A stretch of DNA of 64,000 nucleotides from Takakia lepidozioides (taxonomy: Eukaryota > Plantae > Bryophyta). The stretch covers positions 17,856,001 through 17,920,000 of the forward strand of contig CM060731.1 in NCBI GenBank assembly GCA_030704615.1, in the 5' to 3' direction. The notes below the pieces were generated by a model. The model did no database searches. It saw only the letters and a list, made by a program, of their open reading frames with translations, and was not told the origin of the DNA. How positions within the stretch are numbered: position 1 is the first letter of the stretch; each line of letters opens with the position of its first letter. The position numbers and the translations under genes are program-made. This document shows positions 1 to 11,650 of this stretch, one piece after another.

Positions 1-418
1 TTGTTCTCAGAAAACAACATCGTGTCAACACGAAGTTCATTTTTGTTCCAGGAAAACAACCTCGTGTTAACACGAGGTTTTGTTGAAGTTCTCCAAATCC
101 CCCTTGTGTCGACACGAGGTTCATTTCAGTTCTACGAAATGAAGCTCCTGTTAACAGAAGGTTGAACTCCAGGAAAGCCCAAAACCCTTCATCCGTTTCA
201 CCTTCATGTGGTGAAATCAGCAGTTGGGGGCTCCACGGTTATAGGCCCACCTTCTTTGTGGTGACGTGGCATGACCTGGACCAGGCTCACGCCACGTCAG
301 CATCAGCGCCATGTCAGCAGCGTGAGCGTAGGCTCACGCCATGTCATCATTGTGTGAGCGTACACTCACACGCTCACGCGCCAGGCTCACGCGCCAGGCT
401 CACGCGGTAGCGTCGTTG
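1..418 (-). mobile_element. Terminal part of a Mutator-like DNA element, same family as 7201-8519, inverted and running off the window
   Basis: The reverse complement (CAACGACGCTACCGCGTGAGC...CATGCCACGTCACCACAAAGA.GGTGGGCCTATAACCGTGGAGC...) aligns with 7201 onward. Four ~42-bp-spaced palindromic units with GTYRAC cores lie at about 12-168. Confidence 0.8.
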
Positions 419-1006
419 ATTACTCCTACCCCAGCAGTAGACATTGTAATGGGCTGCCCAAGTTTCTATATTGGCAGTTACTTGTACCGAATGTTCGTGA
501 TAATGAGGGGAACCTGGCAGCGCTATGAGAGTATTGAAAAAGATACTAATTGGGAATTACCCAAATTCCAGCCACCAGAGAGAGTCGCAGGCACTTCACC
601 ATATATGAATAGACCACTCTATGCTGAAGCATGGTGCCAGGCGAAGGACCACTTTTCACCATTGGTCTTGGACAGAGACCACCCTTTCAGAGAAATAGGG
701 ATCCAAGCTGTTAACTGGTTAATGGGCAGCAGGACGACTAAACACATTATACCCTGGACCAAGGAGGAGCTGCAAACCTACCGAGAAACCTTGACCACCA
801 AAATCAATATGGTACGTGGGGACGGAGTAGCAGAACACCCTGATGACGAAAGCTGGCCCACTCATGAACCAAAGGAGCAACCAGACAGTGACGACAACAT
901 GAACAAGAAGTTGTCACCACGACAATACTGGGACGCACTTCCTACCCCGCAGACAGGCATGCCACCACCTTACATGCCCAAGATATACAACAAGCACAGG
1001 AACTGA
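419..1006 (+). CDS. Unknown ORF in the 3' internal region of an LTR retrotransposon (extra-ORF position), 5' end cut by the DNA element at 418
   Basis: About 195 open codons ending ~25 bp before a polypurine tract and LTR; no recognisable pol or chromodomain motif. Confidence 0.45.
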   Translation: MTPTPAVDIVMGCPSFYIGSYLYRMFVIMRGTWQRYESIEKDTNWELPKFQPPERVAGTSPYMNRPLYAEAWCQAKDHFSPLVLDRDHPFREIGIQAVNWLMGSRTTKHIIPWTKEELQTYRETLTTKINMVRGDGVAEHPDDESWPTHEPKEQPDSDDNMNKKLSPRQYWDALPTPQTGMPPPYMPKIYNKHRN

Positions 1007-1049
1007 CGAAATTGTGCGGACACAATTTCAAAAGAGGGGGGGGAATAAA

Positions 1050-1890
1050 TGATAATGGCTATGCTACGAGGGCCAGACAGCGAGGGTCACAACGGGACAT
1101 ACTGGGTAGTGATGGATGTACACTAACTGGTCACGGGCAAAAACGGCTAAGTACGCGGTACTTAGCAAATGGCGGAACAATGGTACATTATCACGAGAGC
1201 AGTAGTGGGTAGTGTAGTAACCGTGGGCACGGCCACGTTAGCATTGGCTTTAACTAATAGAGAGAGTAGTGGACCATTTACCACTATGGCTCACGACCAC
1301 GTTTTTAGCAAACCTTTTAGGTTGCGTAGGTAGTTAGGCAAACGGTCATTAACGACCGCAGACTGTAACGACTCTTTTGAACATAGTATAAAAAGGTTGC
1401 GCGCAACTTAGAAGGAGAGCAATATGAGTATTAGTGATCAGTGTGTATTCAGGGACTCAGAGTGATTCAATATATACTTTTGTGATGATATGACAAACTC
1501 TGAAGTAAAGCCATGCTATTCGAAGTATCTCTGTGTAGAGTGAACGTGAGATGGAGAGAATGTGCATTATGAGAGAACGTGAGATGGTGAGAATGTATAT
1601 CATCTCAGGATAGTTCTTGTTTGCCTTGACTACCATTTGCTTAACGACTTCAGTCTTTTCGACTAAGATCTTTCATACCAAAGAGACTGTAAATTGAGCT
1701 TAATCAATAGGATTAAGCAGTCTACAGGGAATTGAATTCATACGATGTTCATGGTTTAGCTATCCTTAAAACGATTACTTCGTAATCGTTTTTGAAAGCA
1801 TACCGTCGGACAACCTCTGTTGCATGTCTTAGGAAATGGGCAGTAGTGCTGATAGCCTGTTTTGTCTAAGTCATAAACCAGCGGTTAACA
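1050..1890 (+). mobile_element. 3' LTR (~841 bp) of an LTR retrotransposon inserted into the RT of a family-A element
   Basis: PPT AAAAGAGGGGGGGGAATAAA (1030-1049), then TGATAA...TTAACA termini. TATA-like TATAAAA near 1387. RT coding sequence resumes exactly at 1891. Confidence 0.8.
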
Positions 1891-3320
1891 GTGGTTCTAG
1901 GAAACTTACATTGGGAATGTGCATTGGTGTATGTAGATGACATCAATGTTTACTCGGCCGACTTTGATTCTCACATGCTAGATCTGAAGCGGGTACTCTA
2001 CAGGCTTAGAGGAGTTGGCTTGAAAGTGAAAGCAAAAAAATGTGACCTATGCATGACGGAGCTTCATTTTCTTGGGCACCTTCTCTCTGCCAAAGGCATC
2101 AGCCCTGATCTAGCCAAGATCCAAGCCGTGTGGGAGTATCCCACTCTACGTGACAAAACTTGTATCCGCGCCTTTCTTGGGATAGCCTCTTGCTACCGTC
2201 GTTTCATTAAACATTTTGCTCATATTGCCGCTACGCTTAATAAGTTAATATGCAAAGATATTCATTTTCATTGGGGGTGGTCTCAAACCGCTGCTTTTGA
2301 GCAACTAAAAATTGCTCTCACTAGTGCACCCATTCTGGTCTTTCCTGATTTCTCGCTACCATTTATTCTTCAGACTGATGCCTCTGACCCGGCTGTTTCA
2401 GCTATTCTGTGTCAAAAGCAAGATGGTAGGGAGCATGTGGTGGCCTATGCCTCACGCGCGGCTTGACAAACATGAAAAGAATTATAGCATTACTGATAAA
2501 GAAGGACTTGTCGTTATCTTTGGGTGAAACATTTCCGACAGTATCTACACGGGTGTCCATTTGTTGTTCAAACTGATCATTTGTCTTTAAAGGCTCTCAA
2601 GACCCCGCATGAGCTCTCAGGTTGCCTGGCTCGTTGGTCTTTAACTCTTCAGATGTTCGAATATGATATTCAATACAAGAAAGACAAGGCCAACAACAAT
2701 GCTGATGCTCCTACACGCAGCGAGCCTAAGTCTTCTACTTCTTATGCTTCTTTGGATGATCTCGCTAAGTGCTTGCCCACTGCTGGTTTTGATGGTCCAG
2801 ATCTGTTGGCCCTATTTGCCATTGTTCCTTCCACTCCCCCTGTCTGAGTGGGATCTCATTTCTTTTGCTGCTGGTTAGAGGATTCATAGAGTACTGCCCT
2901 GTTACAGAGGTCTTCTTCCAGGTATGATACTTCCCATTTTTTCTTCGATGCCCTGCTGTTTTCTGCTACCTGGCCCAGCTTCTTGACCAAACCTCTCTCC
3001 ATAGGGATCCTGCTTATGAGCTTCATTGTCCTGTCTGTATTCTCATGAAGTCACCCTTACTCACCAGTTGAGCTCTGTCCTACTATGGAGTTCACCAAGG
3101 CGGACACTCCCTCTATGCTCACACTAACCTAAGGGCTGGCTATGGTGGCTGCAGACATGAAAGATCTTCTCCACAAAGCCCTCCTCCAAAAGTGTAAGAC
3201 CAACACTCATATGCAGGGCCTCTCTTCCCATACCCTCAGGCAAGTAAACTATCATCTCCCCTCTCATCGGGAGCATGAAGGTAAGTTGCTTAAGGTTAGT
3301 ATTGTTCATGGGCAAGAAAG
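1891..3320 (+). pseudogene. Decayed Ty3/Gypsy RT (C-half), RNase H and linker, family A copy 1
   Basis: LVYVDDINVYS, FILQTDASD, EKNYSITDKEGL, QTDH..LK and CLARWSL motifs across frameshifted ORFs; close to the 37115-38232 minus-strand copy. Confidence 0.9.
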
Positions 3321-4578
3321 TGTCGTGGAGATCCTGACGAGCCCTGAGCGCGCGCAGTCAGGGTGACGGCATAGTAGTCTAGAGGGCCTAGGTAAGTTGC
3401 GGTGTAGGTTGGGCTCACTGAACCGCCTACCCAACTGCGGTTAGCGCAGGGGGTCCGTGGTTGTACATGGTGGCTATGATCACTATCTAAGTCCTACCGG
3501 CAAAGAGAAATCACGTAATCCTCTTCACAGGGCGAGTTTGCATTTCTAAGTCCTACGGTATCCTATAATCTACTCAGTAATTGCCTTCCAAGTCTTTGTG
3601 TTTTATTGGCTAATTCCTACCGCGTAGGCCCCCGAGCCGCCTATAGCCGGGACATGTTTTAATCCCTTCACAAGGCACCTACCGAGCCTAGGGAGGAGAG
3701 GGAAAATCGTCCTCTCCCAATGCCCTTCTTCACCGAGGGCTTGAGTTCAAGTCACCTCTGAATGGAAGGGCCAACACTTCCTATCCCAGTGCCTAAATAC
3801 TTTGTTTTAGCAAAGGAGTGGCCAAAATGCCTATCGTCATCTAATTGGTTCACTCAGTTTAATAGGGTGGTTCTAAGCCCCTCAACTCAACAAGTTCAAT
3901 CAGTTTAATCAACGCCCTGCAGGCTATAACGAGCAACACGTGTATCTATTCTAATTAAGCAATTTCGCAAATCAGAAATGTTGGAAAATACAGGAAATTA
4001 AGAAAATCGGAAAAAATACTTCCCATGTGGGAAATCATGTGGGGAATCCAAAAATACCCTTGGTGCCTAAAGATGCCCTTGGGAACCCAATGAGAACCGA
4101 GGAACACCCGGGAACCGTTCCTTGCCACGGGGAACTGCCGCGGCCCTATCGGATGAATGAATCTCACTGAGGACTCATCCCTGCCACTACATTTGTTAGT
4201 CCAGAACATGCATGCGTAAATAATAAAATAACCACTGGTGGATCCAAGCCAGATTTCACCTCTTTACATTATTCTAAGGCGCTGGTGCGCTTTCCCTCTG
4301 TCTACCTTGGGCTCTAACACAAAGGCTCACTGTAGCCGAGTTTTTAGGACCGAGTACTTTCTCCCCTCCCTTGTCTTTCGAGGTCTCCGCCTCTAGCTCA
4401 CTGCCCTCAGGCCCGCTTGGCTCCTTCTTGGAGTCCTAAGAACGCTCCCCTCCAATGCTACGTCCTCCCAAAATTCTAGATTTAATCTACCACTGGCGCC
4501 TTAGATAATGGCTCAAAACCCTTAGAGGGGTATAAATTGAATATAATAGCTAAAGGTAAGAATACCCCCCCCCCTTAA
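3321..4578 (-). mobile_element. Probable LTR (3321-4561) with adjacent PPT, from a minus-strand LTR element
   Basis: Begins TGTCG (minus-strand ...CGACA) exactly at the pol interruption. A minus-strand AAG10 tract (4565-4576) is followed by TAT-TCTTACC, where TG would be expected. Non-coding. Confidence 0.5.
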
Positions 4579-4926
4579 GGGAATTTGCAGACGCATTGCC
4601 CGATGGGTAAAACGCCCCTGCCACGTGGCGGGGTGCAGATCCGCGCGTAGCGGTCCAACCGTGGACCGCTGCGGTTAACGCCAACGTCCACCGGTCCGTC
4701 ACAACTTTTGGTTATCCAGCGGCTAAAGACCCGCGTCTTGCTCGCACGCTTCAGGGCCTCACGCCTGAGCCATGCAGCTGATGTACTTGATCTCAGTACG
4801 ACTTAAGGTCAGCGTTGGGGCCTCGCGCTTGTACGTCGTGACTGGGCCACGGTTGCCTCCACGCTTTTAGTGATCGAGTCCCTACTCTCTAGGCGCAGCA
4901 CCCGGGCTCCTCCCGGGCTTAGCTGC

Positions 4927-5850
4927 TGTCAAGCGAAATCAGCCCGCCCAAACCCCAAGATAAAAAATACAAACCACACCCTCTCATAGGCCTCCATGGC
5001 TTGCTGGCTTGCTTTGCCAGGGCTGCTATATTTCAAATTAGTAATCAAATACAAAGATTCTTTCTTCCAACAATTCAAATACAAGCTTCTATTGGTGCCT
5101 TTACCAATAGACTATGGGGGTCTTTCCCTTGTCACTTCTAGACATGAAATAATGGGACTCCGCAATGCACTCTCCTCTTTTGAAGAGTCTAAATCAGATT
5201 TTCAATTTCAAGCTTTGCTTGGAAAATAAATGAATCACATACACAAATGGTGAAATGGTAAGATGGGATCAACCTTTCTATGCGAGAGTGCTCGGGATGC
5301 TCTATCGACTCAAGTAATGGTACTCTATGCGGCCTTCATTTGGGCTCTCGTCCATAAGTCCATACCAACCCCTCCTACTCGTCCTCAAGTCACTTTCCTC
5401 CACATAAAATTGCCCTCTTCCTTCACAAATGAAAATGGCTCAAAGGCCCAAAAGCTAGGTCACTTGCCTTAGCTTACAATAATCCTACCTAACTAGGGAG
5501 CTTCAAGCTCCACTCCCTAGGATCTAGCCCCTCCTCAAGCCAAAAGTTAGCAAACACTACAACAACAAGCAAGAGGAAACTAAGCAAATGAGCTAGATGA
5601 GAATAAGGGAAGCCTTGCCCCCTCTTTTATACTGTTGTTGTGCCTATTAGTTTAAGGGAGAATATTTATTAAACTATTATTTCCTTGGAGGATCTATAAT
5701 ATACTATTCCATATGGATGAAAAGTCTTAGAGGCAAATGAAAGCTGTATTTTCATCCATCCAGTTGGATGACCAGTTGGCGCGAGTTGTCATTTCATCCA
5801 TCCAGCTCTTCAAGGCGAATTCCAGGATTTTTCATCCATCCAAGTAGTAG
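4927..5850 (-). mobile_element. Truncated LTR-like fragment of another family
   Basis: Minus-strand end ...CGCTTGACA at 4927, minus-strand TATAAAAGAGGGGG near 5618-5632, and three TTTCATCCATCCA repeats at 5750-5842. Far end not identified. Confidence 0.4.
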
Positions 5851-7200
5851 AAATGCAAATAATATGCCTTGTGAGTGCCATCGACTCAATAATTTGGCCC
5901 CGCTGCTTCATAAATCACCAAACTTGGTGACAAACTACAATTGTATACCCCGTAATCAGCCTGTAAATTCTCAGCTTCATCAGTGGTAAGAAGTTGCACT
6001 TCTCGCCATTCGTCGTATTTTCTCTACACACATATTTTGTGATATATTTGGAAATCAAATCCCTGATGATGGCTCTTGGGTCTTTGACCCTGTTACTGAG
6101 TCATAGGTTGTCCGGAGTCCCCTCCAGTTGTCCCGCACTGCTAACAAGTCCACGCTTCGCCGTTTGAAGTCGCCCTGACCTACTGTCATTCCGATGCGGC
6201 CAATTGCTTTGTTGCGATATTTCATCGCTATACATGTCGCTTCCACCAATTGCCAAGCTCCTCGCCGTGTGTTCCTACTGGACTTGAAAGGCGGGAGAAA
6301 AGAGAGATTGCAATCTGGGACTGGAACAGTCGTCCTGTATTGTTTGAACATGATTAACTCGCCGTTTTTGTTACCGAATTGGCAGCCTAATATGCTGTCG
6401 ATGCAGCTTCCTACGGTCATCTTGACGCCAAAGTTCCTCTTCATGGTCGTCGCAGACACTGTCTAATTTCCTACGTGCTTTACCAACGATTTTCAGACAA
6501 CGAACAAACTATCATGTTTTGACAGTACAAAGCCGAAACCGCTTGTCTTATGATAAAAAACGATCTGAAAAGAAAATTGTACCAATATATGCATCTACAG
6601 GTCCCTACCAAGAGTTTTATGCTATCGTTGCTTAAGCTTTACCATAGCTCTCTCTATGCTGGTCATTTGGGTGTTGACAAAATTGTCAAAAGACTCCAGG
6701 AAAAATACCACTGGAAGGGGTTAACTAGGGATGTGACGGATTTTATTGCTAAGTGTGTTCCATGTAAGTCCAAGACCTTGCTGCCTAGAACCATGGCTCC
6801 TCTTAAACTCCAACCAATACTTGTCACTGAAATGTTTGCCAGGGTTGGTCTTGATTTTGTTGGTCCTCTTAAAACTACGACTAAGAGCAATAGTTACATT
6901 AGTGTGGCTACTGATTACCTGTCTAAGTGGGTAGAGATTTGACCGTTGGTTGCTAAGAATAGCGATGAGGCAGTTCAATTCTTTTTTGATGAAATTTTGT
7001 TACGCCATGGTTGTCCCCTTGAAATTCTCACTGACCAGGGTACTGAATTTTGCAACCAGTTGATGGAGGTTGTGTGTTTTAATCTAGATGTCAAGCATCG
7101 CTTGACTGCTCCCTACAATCCCCAATGCAACGGGCTTACTGAAAGGTTCAACAAGACGATGTACCAGTTATTAGAGAAGAACGGTGCATTCACTGAGGAG

Positions 7201-8519
7201 CAGCGACGCTACCGCGTGAGCTTGACGTGTGAGCGTATGCTCACACAATGGTGATGTGGCGTGAGCCTATGCTCACAGCGCTGACGTGGCGTTGGTGTTG
7301 ATGTGGCGTGAGCCCACCCAATATCATGCCACGTCACCACAAAGATGATGGGCCTATAACCGTGGAGCAAATAACTGTGGGATTTCACCATCTGAAGGTG
7401 AGATGGGTTAAGGGTTTAGGGCGTCCGCAGAGATCAACCTTGTGTTAACACAAGGTTGATTTCAGAGAACTTGAAATGAACCTTGTGTTAACATGAGGTT
7501 GATTTCGAGAATGTTCATTTGAGTGCGACTTGATGTGTTCGCAAATGAACAAATGAGTTTGAGGAATGAATGCAACAAATGGTAGACACGCGCACAACAC
7601 GATTGATAACATGACATACAGCGACAGACATACGACTTCATTTATTTTATTTTATTTTCCCTCCCTGGGGGGGTTCATGAAAATCAACCTTGCGTTGACG
7701 CAACCTTGATTTGAGAAATGAAAGCATCATTTTTTGAAGATTTATTTTTTGCTTTTGTTTTTATTTTTGTTTTTTTCCCCTCCCTAGGGGTGATGCAATC
7801 AACCTTGCGTTGACGCAACCTTGATTTGAGAAATGAAAGCATCATTTTTTGAAGTTTTTTTTAATTTTCCTTCCAAGGGGGGTGATGCAAATCAACCTTG
7901 CGTTGACGCAATCTTGATTTGAGAAATGAAAGTTATTTTATTTTATTTTTTGGATGTAAATCAACCTTGCGTTGACGCAACCTTGATTTGAGAAAGGAAA
8001 ACATCCTTTTTTTAGGACTATTTTTTGCATTTTGTATGGTTGCTGGCCTTGTTGTTCTTCGTTTCGTGTCTTGCATTGCAAGTCTTGCCAACCTGTTCTG
8101 CACCATGTTTTTTCATAAACCGCAAAGACGCTTTAGGGATTTCTTGGTGTTTGTCTGGAGAACGTCTATCAATGAAAAGTGGATGTGAATTGGGGGGAAT
8201 GAACTTCGTTAAAACAAACTCATTCTCCTTCGTGTTCATTCCGCAACAGGACATTGTACTCTCTGAAATATCCTGTGCCCGTGGACAAAAACCATCCACA
8301 AACCACCCGTGATTTCTCATCCGACCAAGATTTGGATGAGGGAGGAGACTTCTCGAAAATAAAGTTGGCAAATCTGGGGCGTGGTAGTCGCCTACAGTTC
8401 CGCGGAAATAGGTGGCATCCGCAGAAATAGGTCCTGCACGTGGGAAACCTTGCTGACGTGGCGTGAGCCTGGCTGGGCTCACGCGCTCACGCGGCCAGGC
8501 TCACACGCAAGCTTTTCCC
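7201..8519. mobile_element. Non-autonomous Mutator-like element with a 9-10 bp TSD and asymmetric ends
   Basis: (C)ACTGAGGAG is duplicated at 7191-7200 and 8519-8528, and removal restores the integrase frame (NGAFTEE-*DVTLP). Ends are CAGCGACGC... and ...GCTTTTCCC, with inverted GCGTGAGC subterminal repeats. Confidence 0.75.
7433..7990. repeat. Array of six palindromic units inside the Mutator-like element
   Basis: Perfect 28-bp palindrome ATCAACCTTGTGTTAACACAAGGTTGAT at 7433-7460, a variant near 7476, and four near-identical AATCAACCTTGCGTTGACGCAACCTTGATTTGAGAAA units near 7682, 7797, 7890 and 7959. Confidence 0.9.
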
Positions 8520-9313
8520 ACTGAGGAGTAGGATGTTACTCTGCCTATTCTCATTTTTACTTATAGGACCTCTGTACATGTCAGTATTCGTTATTCACCA
8601 TTTGAATTATTGTATGGTCGCAAGGCCCGCACCCCGCTTCATGTTCCTGTGTTACATACTCAGGTGGAGGAGCCCGTCATATGGAAAGACTTCCTCACTC
8701 AACTCACTTCCTATCGTTTGCGTTTGCTAGAAGATGTTCAACATAATATTCAGGTCTCTCAGGTTGTTCAGGCTAGGAACTACAATCGGCGTGTTGTTTA
8801 TTCTGAAATTTTTTCTCTAGGACAAACTGTGTGTGTTCGTTTGCAGCCTGGCAAACAGGCTACCAAGTCTAAGATGCGCATCGATGGTCTATACTTGATT
8901 CATGCTATTTTGCCTGGCCGCCAGTATCGTCTTCTTCCCCAACATTCTTCTACGACGGAGATTGCAGGGACTGTTCATGTTTCTCAACTCGTCCCTTCTA
9001 AGCTGCAGTTTGACTTAACCTGCATCAACGTCGAAAATTGCCATGTGGTTTTGACCCCGAGAAAGCGTGTTCGTCTTGACTCGGATACCATAGCTGACTA
9101 GTCCTACTCTTTTCTAGATTGGACTTTCGCCTTTGGGTTACTTTCACTGTTCCTTTGTAGATCTCACATAGCACACACCATGAGGTGGGGTTTTTCCCCG
9201 GCAAGGTTTTGTCCTTCGCTCACTTTGCAGAGCAAGGTTTTTCTTGTCGAGGTTTTTTCATCCCATCTCAGTGTTATTTTGAGCAGCACTACTCTCTTGA
9301 GAGCATTGTGTTT

Positions 9314-9785
9314 TGTTAGATAGCTCGCTGGAGCTCACTCCTCTGTGCGCCAGGAGGTTTTACATATATAAAGACTAGATTCCCACCTACCTTATTATTG
9401 GACCCTGGATGAACGGAGATGATAAACGTGGATGAATGACCGTTATGAAAAGGTAGGGTTGAAGACATGTTGGCGGATCTATTTATAAACTAAGGATTGT
9501 CTTATGTTAACAGCTACCCTATCTATAAGTTAGCTTATGTGTCATCCTATCTGGATAGGCATCTGGTAGTAATCTAGCGGACCAATCAGGATGTGCCATC
9601 CGGTGGTGATGTAATCTTAGGCAAGGGGATCGGTTGCAAACCTAGGCGGCGGGTGTATGTTTCTAGTGTTAATCTCTGGTGTACGAAGTGTGTGAGGTGG
9701 ATGGATGCAGTGTGCCTGGATGAACTAAGAGTTGATGCGTGAGATCTGACGTCCTCATAAGAAGATCCTCCCTTCCTGGCTTGCA
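9314..9785 (+). mobile_element. Putative 3' LTR of family A copy 1
   Basis: Follows the 3' UTR motif (GGTTTTGTCC...TTTGCAG..CAAGGTTTTT...GGTTTTTCA) shared with copy 2. TGTTAG...TTGCA candidate termini and a length like the copy-2 LTRs. Boundaries uncertain. Confidence 0.35.
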
Positions 9786-11238
9786 AACTTTACCTAGCTT
9801 ACATCCCTTGTTAGCACTATCCCGCATAGGAGGGGAATAAACCCCCCATTGCAGAATCCGGTTTTACACCCATGGCAACAAAATTCCATCCTTGGGCCAT
9901 TTTGAAATTCAGTTTATCAGCAGCCCTGGTAGTTGATAATTAACTCTGGTTAGGCTAAAGGATCGGAGGCAGGCTTGGAACGTTCAGTGCTGCAGATCTG
10001 ACCAGTCTCATCAGGGTACGGGGCGCAGTAAATATAGAATAGATTAAAGGTACTATTGTCTGTATGGCTGCCGGTTGGGGTGTCAGAGAGTTAAGGCCTC
10101 GCATCTCCTTCCTCTCTCAATCCTGATATGGCAATCGGGATTTGAATAACGATGACTCAAGACGCATTCAATGATTGGGTGCCGGGTCAATGGGTCTAGG
10201 AAGGAGCTCTAGTTCCCTGCAAAGGCAACGTCATGTCCAATAGGCTACCTCCAAGTAAGGGAATCTGTGCATGAAATCATTTTGTTGCAAGCTTGCTAGG
10301 ATGCTGGAAAGCATCACAAGGGAGTGAAGAACCCACTGACATGCTTCGCCCTTAGGCAAACTCGTGATTCATGCAGGCCATTGAGGGAAGTACCATGTGC
10401 AAACTCTGAATCACTCACATGGCCAGTGTCTATTTTTGAAGACTGCGACCCCCTTCAACTTGCAAAAATGCTCCATATGAAGGGAAAAAAAATCAGGGCC
10501 CTTCAAAAGAAAGGCCAGACAAAATCTGAACCTTTCATCATGAAGGGCTCAAAAGAAAAGAAACTTGCAAATGAAAGTCTAAGTTTGATAATGAAGGGTT
10601 CAAGCCTCAAGGTATACGTGCTTAATAATGAACGGTTCAAAGCCTCAAGAGTCAAGGGTTCAAACCTCAAGGTATAAGTGCTTAATAATGAAGGTGCTTA
10701 AACCTATCCATTGCCCTGATAGAATAGGCCGACAAGAGCTGGAGATTGTGATGGGAAATGAGCACATCTCCTTCACAACGTATTGGCTCTTTGCTTGATG
10801 TCCAGAGCAGCAAAAGATCCAGATTCCAGAGGGGCTCTGCATATTTTACTACCTTGTCCAGGTATGGCATTAGCATCCTATATTTATGGATGATGGGACT
10901 GTGGTAGGCTCCAAGTGGGTCTTTTGGTGTATATGTCTGAAATGTTTCACAAAACGTTAATAATTATTGTTTGAGACATTTTCATGGAAGTTAATGGATT
11001 AAAAAAGAAAAGAAAAGGATATGACTCCTTAGTAGTAGTGATTTAATGAGTGACTAGTGATTTTGTAAGTTAGTATTATGTATCATTTGTTGATGATTTA
11101 CTTGAATGGGAGCTTGCTGAACCCTGAAGCACCCTTCCTATGTTGAAGGATATTGGATAGCTATAGACATGGGGGGTGCTATATTGGGCTGTGGACTGGT
11201 TACTGCAGGTTGTTTTTGTTGGCTCCGCTTGTAGGCTT

Positions 11239-11650
11239 TTCCTTCCATTATGGAGATAGCATATTTGATGTCACAGATCTCGGATTTAGGTGAGTAAACG
11301 CCTGGATTTGTTTTCTATCTCTCTTTTTCCTAGGACAAACTCAGGCTTAGTATTGGTTGTGCATTGCACAAGGTGCTTCATCCTTAGCCCCTCATTGTAG
11401 TCTGCCAATTTGGGTGTCACTGACTGATATTTTTCGACATGATCAAACCCCTTCATCATGTATGGTCAGGATCATAAAATTTAAAACTTTTGTAGCATGC
11501 AGTATGTTCCAAAATGGAGCAAGGTGTCTGTCTGTTCCTTCCATTATGGAGATAGCAATATTTGATGTCACAGATCTCGGATTTTAGGTGAGTAAACGCC
11601 TGGATTTGTTTTCTATCTCTCTTTTTCCTATGACAAACTCAAGCTTAGTA
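11239..11650 (+). repeat. Direct repeat pair of ~114 bp (11239-11352 and 11535-11650)
   Basis: TTCCTTCCATTATGGAGATAGC...TTTAGGTGAGTAAACGCCTGG...GCTTAGTA occurs twice, nearly identical. Confidence 0.9.

Larger units (their letters stand above)
6591..9101 (+). pseudogene. Decayed Gypsy integrase (HHCC, DDE core, GPY/F region, no chromodomain), family A copy 1, split by a DNA element
   Basis: YH...AGHLG...CVPC; VGLDFVGPL; ATDYLSKWVE; LTDQGTEF; YNPQCNGLTERFN; C-terminus ending FDLTCINVE, as in copy 2. Confidence 0.9.

Noticed and set aside
838-856. Hammerhead ribozyme core CTGATGA-C-GAAA; a similar CTGATGG near 23816
   Set aside because: No stem II or flanking helices can be formed; the first simply encodes PDDE and the second lacks an adjacent GAAA.
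7681-7995. CRISPR-like look: four ~40-bp palindromic repeats with spacers
   Set aside because: Spacers vary in length, are T-rich and resemble each other; there are no cas genes; the array lies inside a TSD-flanked eukaryotic DNA element.
10590-10695. Degenerate ~61-bp tandem duplication (AAGGGTTCAA.CCTCAAGGTATA.GTGCTTAATAATGAA)
   Set aside because: Real but ordinary local duplication; the overlapping 117-aa ORF is low complexity with no motif.
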